The translations under genes and the position numbers were made by a program. A DNA stretch of 64,000 bases from an uncultured Acidobacteriota bacterium (GTDB lineage Bacteria > Acidobacteriota > Vicinamibacteria > Vicinamibacterales > 2-12-FULL-66-21): the NCBI GenBank assembly GCA_963771395.1, contig CAVYTY010000029.1, positions 13,206 through 77,205 on the forward strand, in the 5' to 3' direction. This document shows positions 62,501 through 64,000 of this stretch, piece after piece; the stretch's first letter is position 1, and each line of letters opens with the position of its first letter. The notes beneath the pieces were generated by a model. The model made no database searches. It worked only from the letters and a program-made list of their open reading frames with translations, and had not been told where the DNA came from.

Positions 62501-63461
62501 CGACGGCAACCTGACGCGCCGCAACCAGGCCCGCGCCGTCGGCTACCCGGCGAACTTCTTCGTCCTCAACCCCGACGTGAACGAAAACAACGTCACCGAC
62601 AGCGGTGCGTTCAGTAACTACAACGCGCTGCAACTCGAGCTGCGCCGGCGCCTGTCGAAGGGCTTCTCGGCGAACATGAACTATCAGTACACCTTCGAGG
62701 GCGGGTCGCAGTTCGACGGCTTCAGCTTCGGCCGCGCGTGGACCGACGTCCCCGTCACAGGCAACCCGACGGTCCGCCATGCGATCAAGTTCCAGGCGGA
62801 CTGGACGCTTCCGTTCGGCAGCGGCCAGCGGTTCGGCGGCGACATGGGCAGGTTCGCGAACGCGCTGGCGGGCGGCTGGAGCGTCACCGGCGTCGGCCGC
62901 TTCCAGACGACCGTGCAGGACCTCGGCAACGTGCGGCTCGTCGGCATGACGGTTGACGACCTGCAGAGCGTCTACAAGTTCTACCGCCGGGAGAACGCCT
63001 CGACCGACATCGACGAGGTCTGGATGCTGCCCGAGGACATCATCCTCAACACGCGGCGCGCGTTCAGCACCAGCAACACGACACTCACCGGCTACTCGGC
63101 GAGCCTTGGCGCGCCGGAGGGACGGTACATCGCACCCGCCAACTCGGCCGACTGCATCCAGGTGAGGACCGGCGACTGCGCACCGCGCAGCGTGCTGCTG
63201 CTCTCGCCGTGGTTCAAGCGCGTCGATTTCGGCGTCGCGAAACGAGTGGAGACCGGCGGCACGACGAACGTCGAGGTGCGGTTCGACCTGCTCAACCTCT
63301 TCGATTCGCCGAACTACAACCCGGCCGGTCAGACTGGGACCAACACGGCTGCCGGAACATCCGCGACGATCTTCCGCACGACCGGCGCCTATCAGGACCC
63401 GAGCAACACCTACGATCCAGGCGGCCGAATCGGGCAGCTGACGATCAGGTTCAACTGGTAG
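59532..63461 (+). CDS. TonB-dependent outer-membrane receptor with N-terminal carboxypeptidase-regulatory-like domain (Oar-like)
   Basis: ATG 59532 behind GGAGGGAG. Signal MLRSSSRWKVAVIVALFTAMVPWGAAAQ. SISGVVKDAQGSVLPGVSVVIKD...GRYQATALAAGSYTVTATLSGFK is a CarboxypepD_reg domain. Plug block ...TINGLPENFLSITIDGVSNND. 1309 aa ending QLTIRFNW (beta-barrel terminal aromatic). Intact. Confidence 0.9.
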   Translation: MLRSSSRWKVAVIVALFTAMVPWGAAAQSTASISGVVKDAQGSVLPGVSVVIKDDASGQSLDVTTDAEGRYQATALAAGSYTVTATLSGFKVATSKNIRVAPGQPVSIPLTLEIGQLEETVVVTSSSELINTENGTVAATLNSDQLTRMPTATRNALNAVAFLPGVNVTGTNRDSTINGLPENFLSITIDGVSNNDNFLRNTDGFFASVTPRQDAVEAVSVTLSAAGAQVGGGAGAVTMAFQTRSGGNRFTGSAYEYYRNPKFNTNYVFNEINHQPKNEVKLNTFGARVGGPIVIPGLYDGHNKAFFFVHYEQVRFPNSFTRTRTVFNPRVYDGWFRYQFGTEVREVNLLQLAATNGQISATDATMMKLLGQIDASTKTTGTRAAQSDPLYDNYVWQSPSELFEHQPTVRLDYNLTTNHRLNGSFSQITAKRTPDYLNNTDPRFPGAPNQRDFVSTRPLIALAMRSVLSKNIVNEVRGGLTAYASGSNFGYASSITSRNDPSTFADSGGFAISAPNNTITNWFTSNGPSWRKAPTYTVEDTLTWNRGAHTILTGGNFMISNASSSGQTMVRGITLGLNTDFDPAAGLFNTTNFPGASSDQLTAARATYAVLTGRVATVASTAVLQSTGQYQELAPSTLEGGYKVFGMFAQDTWRVKPNLTLTAGLRYDIQTPFAPFSSVMSAVTMASVCGTSGEGDGGLYSRCDVLTPGATGGVTPQYIQFEKGSEGYKTDLNNIAPSASIAWRPNVQSGFLSKILGDPDQATVRAGYSEAYAREGLTRFTTLYGGNRGASISLNRTANTGLVPAGESWPVLLSQTNRLYPASFNPDPTYPIAVGANRADSLNAFAPDIQIARVRSWTVGFARSLSRDMAVEIRYVGNRADNEWSEINYNSVRGENLVANGFLDEFKLAMANLAANNASGASNRAGSFAYFGAGTGTNQLPIYLAYLNGRTDAGNPAAYANASTTWANATIAGRLAGPNPNPTAAAGTDLDGNLTRRNQARAVGYPANFFVLNPDVNENNVTDSGAFSNYNALQLELRRRLSKGFSANMNYQYTFEGGSQFDGFSFGRAWTDVPVTGNPTVRHAIKFQADWTLPFGSGQRFGGDMGRFANALAGGWSVTGVGRFQTTVQDLGNVRLVGMTVDDLQSVYKFYRRENASTDIDEVWMLPEDIILNTRRAFSTSNTTLTGYSASLGAPEGRYIAPANSADCIQVRTGDCAPRSVLLLSPWFKRVDFGVAKRVETGGTTNVEVRFDLLNLFDSPNYNPAGQTGTNTAAGTSATIFRTTGAYQDPSNTYDPGGRIGQLTIRFNW

Positions 63462-63466
63462 TCCTC

Positions 63467-63546
63467 GGGCTGGCTGCTCGCGGTTGGCAGCTCGCGGTTG
63501 CTGGCTAGCAGCCAGCAGCGAGCAGCCCGCCAGCGAGCAGCCGAAG
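63467..63546. repeat. tandem-motif hairpin element (GCTSGCNG unit)
   Basis: GGGCTGGCTGCTCGCGGTTGGCAGCTCGCGGTTGCTGGCT, AGC, then AGCCAGCAGCGAGCAGCCCGCCAGCGAGCAGCCGAAG. Near-loopless palindrome starting 6 nt after the receptor stop. Confidence 0.8.
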
Positions 63547-63554
63547 TCGTTCTG

Positions 63555-64000
63555 ATGCCCTCGCCACGACGCGCATCGGCCGCCCTCCAGATCGCGCTCA
63601 TCTGGGCGCTCGGGACTCCCGCCACGGGTCCGCCGCATCGCGTCTCGGCGCACCAGTCGCAGATCGCGAGTGAGCGTCCGGCCGGTCCGACCATCGACTT
63701 CGTCGCGCTGGACGCCAGCGGCTCTCCGGCCGCCGACCTGCAGCCGTCGGACGTCGAAATCCGTATCGCCGATCGAGTCCGAACGGTGCGCACGCTGCGC
63801 CGGGTCTCGGCCGCGCCTGCGCCGACAGCCGGTGCGCCAGGGCGCGTGCCGCCGCCCTACGGCACGAACGACAACGTCGCGGCCGGCCGCCGTTTCGTGC
63901 TCGTCATCGATCAGGAGTCCTTCATCGCGGGACGCGAACAGCTCTTCAGGGACGCGATCGAAGGGCTGCTCGCGCAGCTCACGCCGGCCGATCGGACGAT
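63555..64000 (+). CDS. VWFA-related acidobacterial domain protein (TIGR03436-like), N-terminal part (runs off the window end)
   Basis: ATG 63555. MPSPRRASAALQIALIWALG... then TIDFVALDASGSPAADLQPSDVEIRIADRVRTVRTL and RRFVLVIDQESF (start of the VWA/MIDAS region). Not in the ORF track because no stop falls in the window. Confidence 0.6.
   Translation, partial: MPSPRRASAALQIALIWALGTPATGPPHRVSAHQSQIASERPAGPTIDFVALDASGSPAADLQPSDVEIRIADRVRTVRTLRRVSAAPAPTAGAPGRVPPPYGTNDNVAAGRRFVLVIDQESFIAGREQLFRDAIEGLLAQLTPADRT

Noticed and set aside
1-64000. Mobile-element genes, prophage, rRNA/tRNA or CRISPR-Cas
   Set aside because: Reading all six-frame ORFs, I found no integrase, transposase, recombinase, capsid, terminase or cas-like sequence. 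The only phage-like gene is the isolated tail-tube homologue.

Overview
High-GC (about two-thirds G+C by eye), gene-dense chromosomal DNA. The lineage-marker genes point to Acidobacteriota: a PadR regulator with an ADOP-type duplicated FtsX permease, two VWFA-related TIGR03436-like proteins, an Oar-like TonB receptor with a carboxypeptidase-regulatory N-domain, and a tricorn protease. I call about 63 protein genes, mostly on the minus strand. I see no rRNA, tRNA, CRISPR array, integrase or transposase. Four things stand out. (1) Most intergenic spacers are filled by long imperfect hairpins whose arms are tandem arrays of a 7-10 nt unit. There are at least 10 such loci, plus a 160-nt element of three hairpins closed by a 16-bp inverted repeat. 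One subfamily shares a conserved core of about 35 nt. (2) Two copies of a GC-rich palindromic element sit inside the open reading frame of an MrfA/YprA-like helicase and are read in different frames. (3) At least 25 frame breaks affect 17 otherwise well conserved genes, and ten of them lie directly next to a GTAC tetramer (mostly AGTAC plus an extra C). This suggests a systematic, possibly methylation-linked, sequencing artefact or a mutational hotspot. (4) An accessory stretch at about 47-59 kb holds an orphan contractile-tail tube gene, an EF-G homologue lacking the GTPase domain and domain II, VapBC and RES-Xre toxin-antitoxin modules, and gene remnants. All functional calls come from reading the translations and recognising motifs; no database search was run. 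Coordinates include stop codons. Frame-break positions are accurate to within a few bases.
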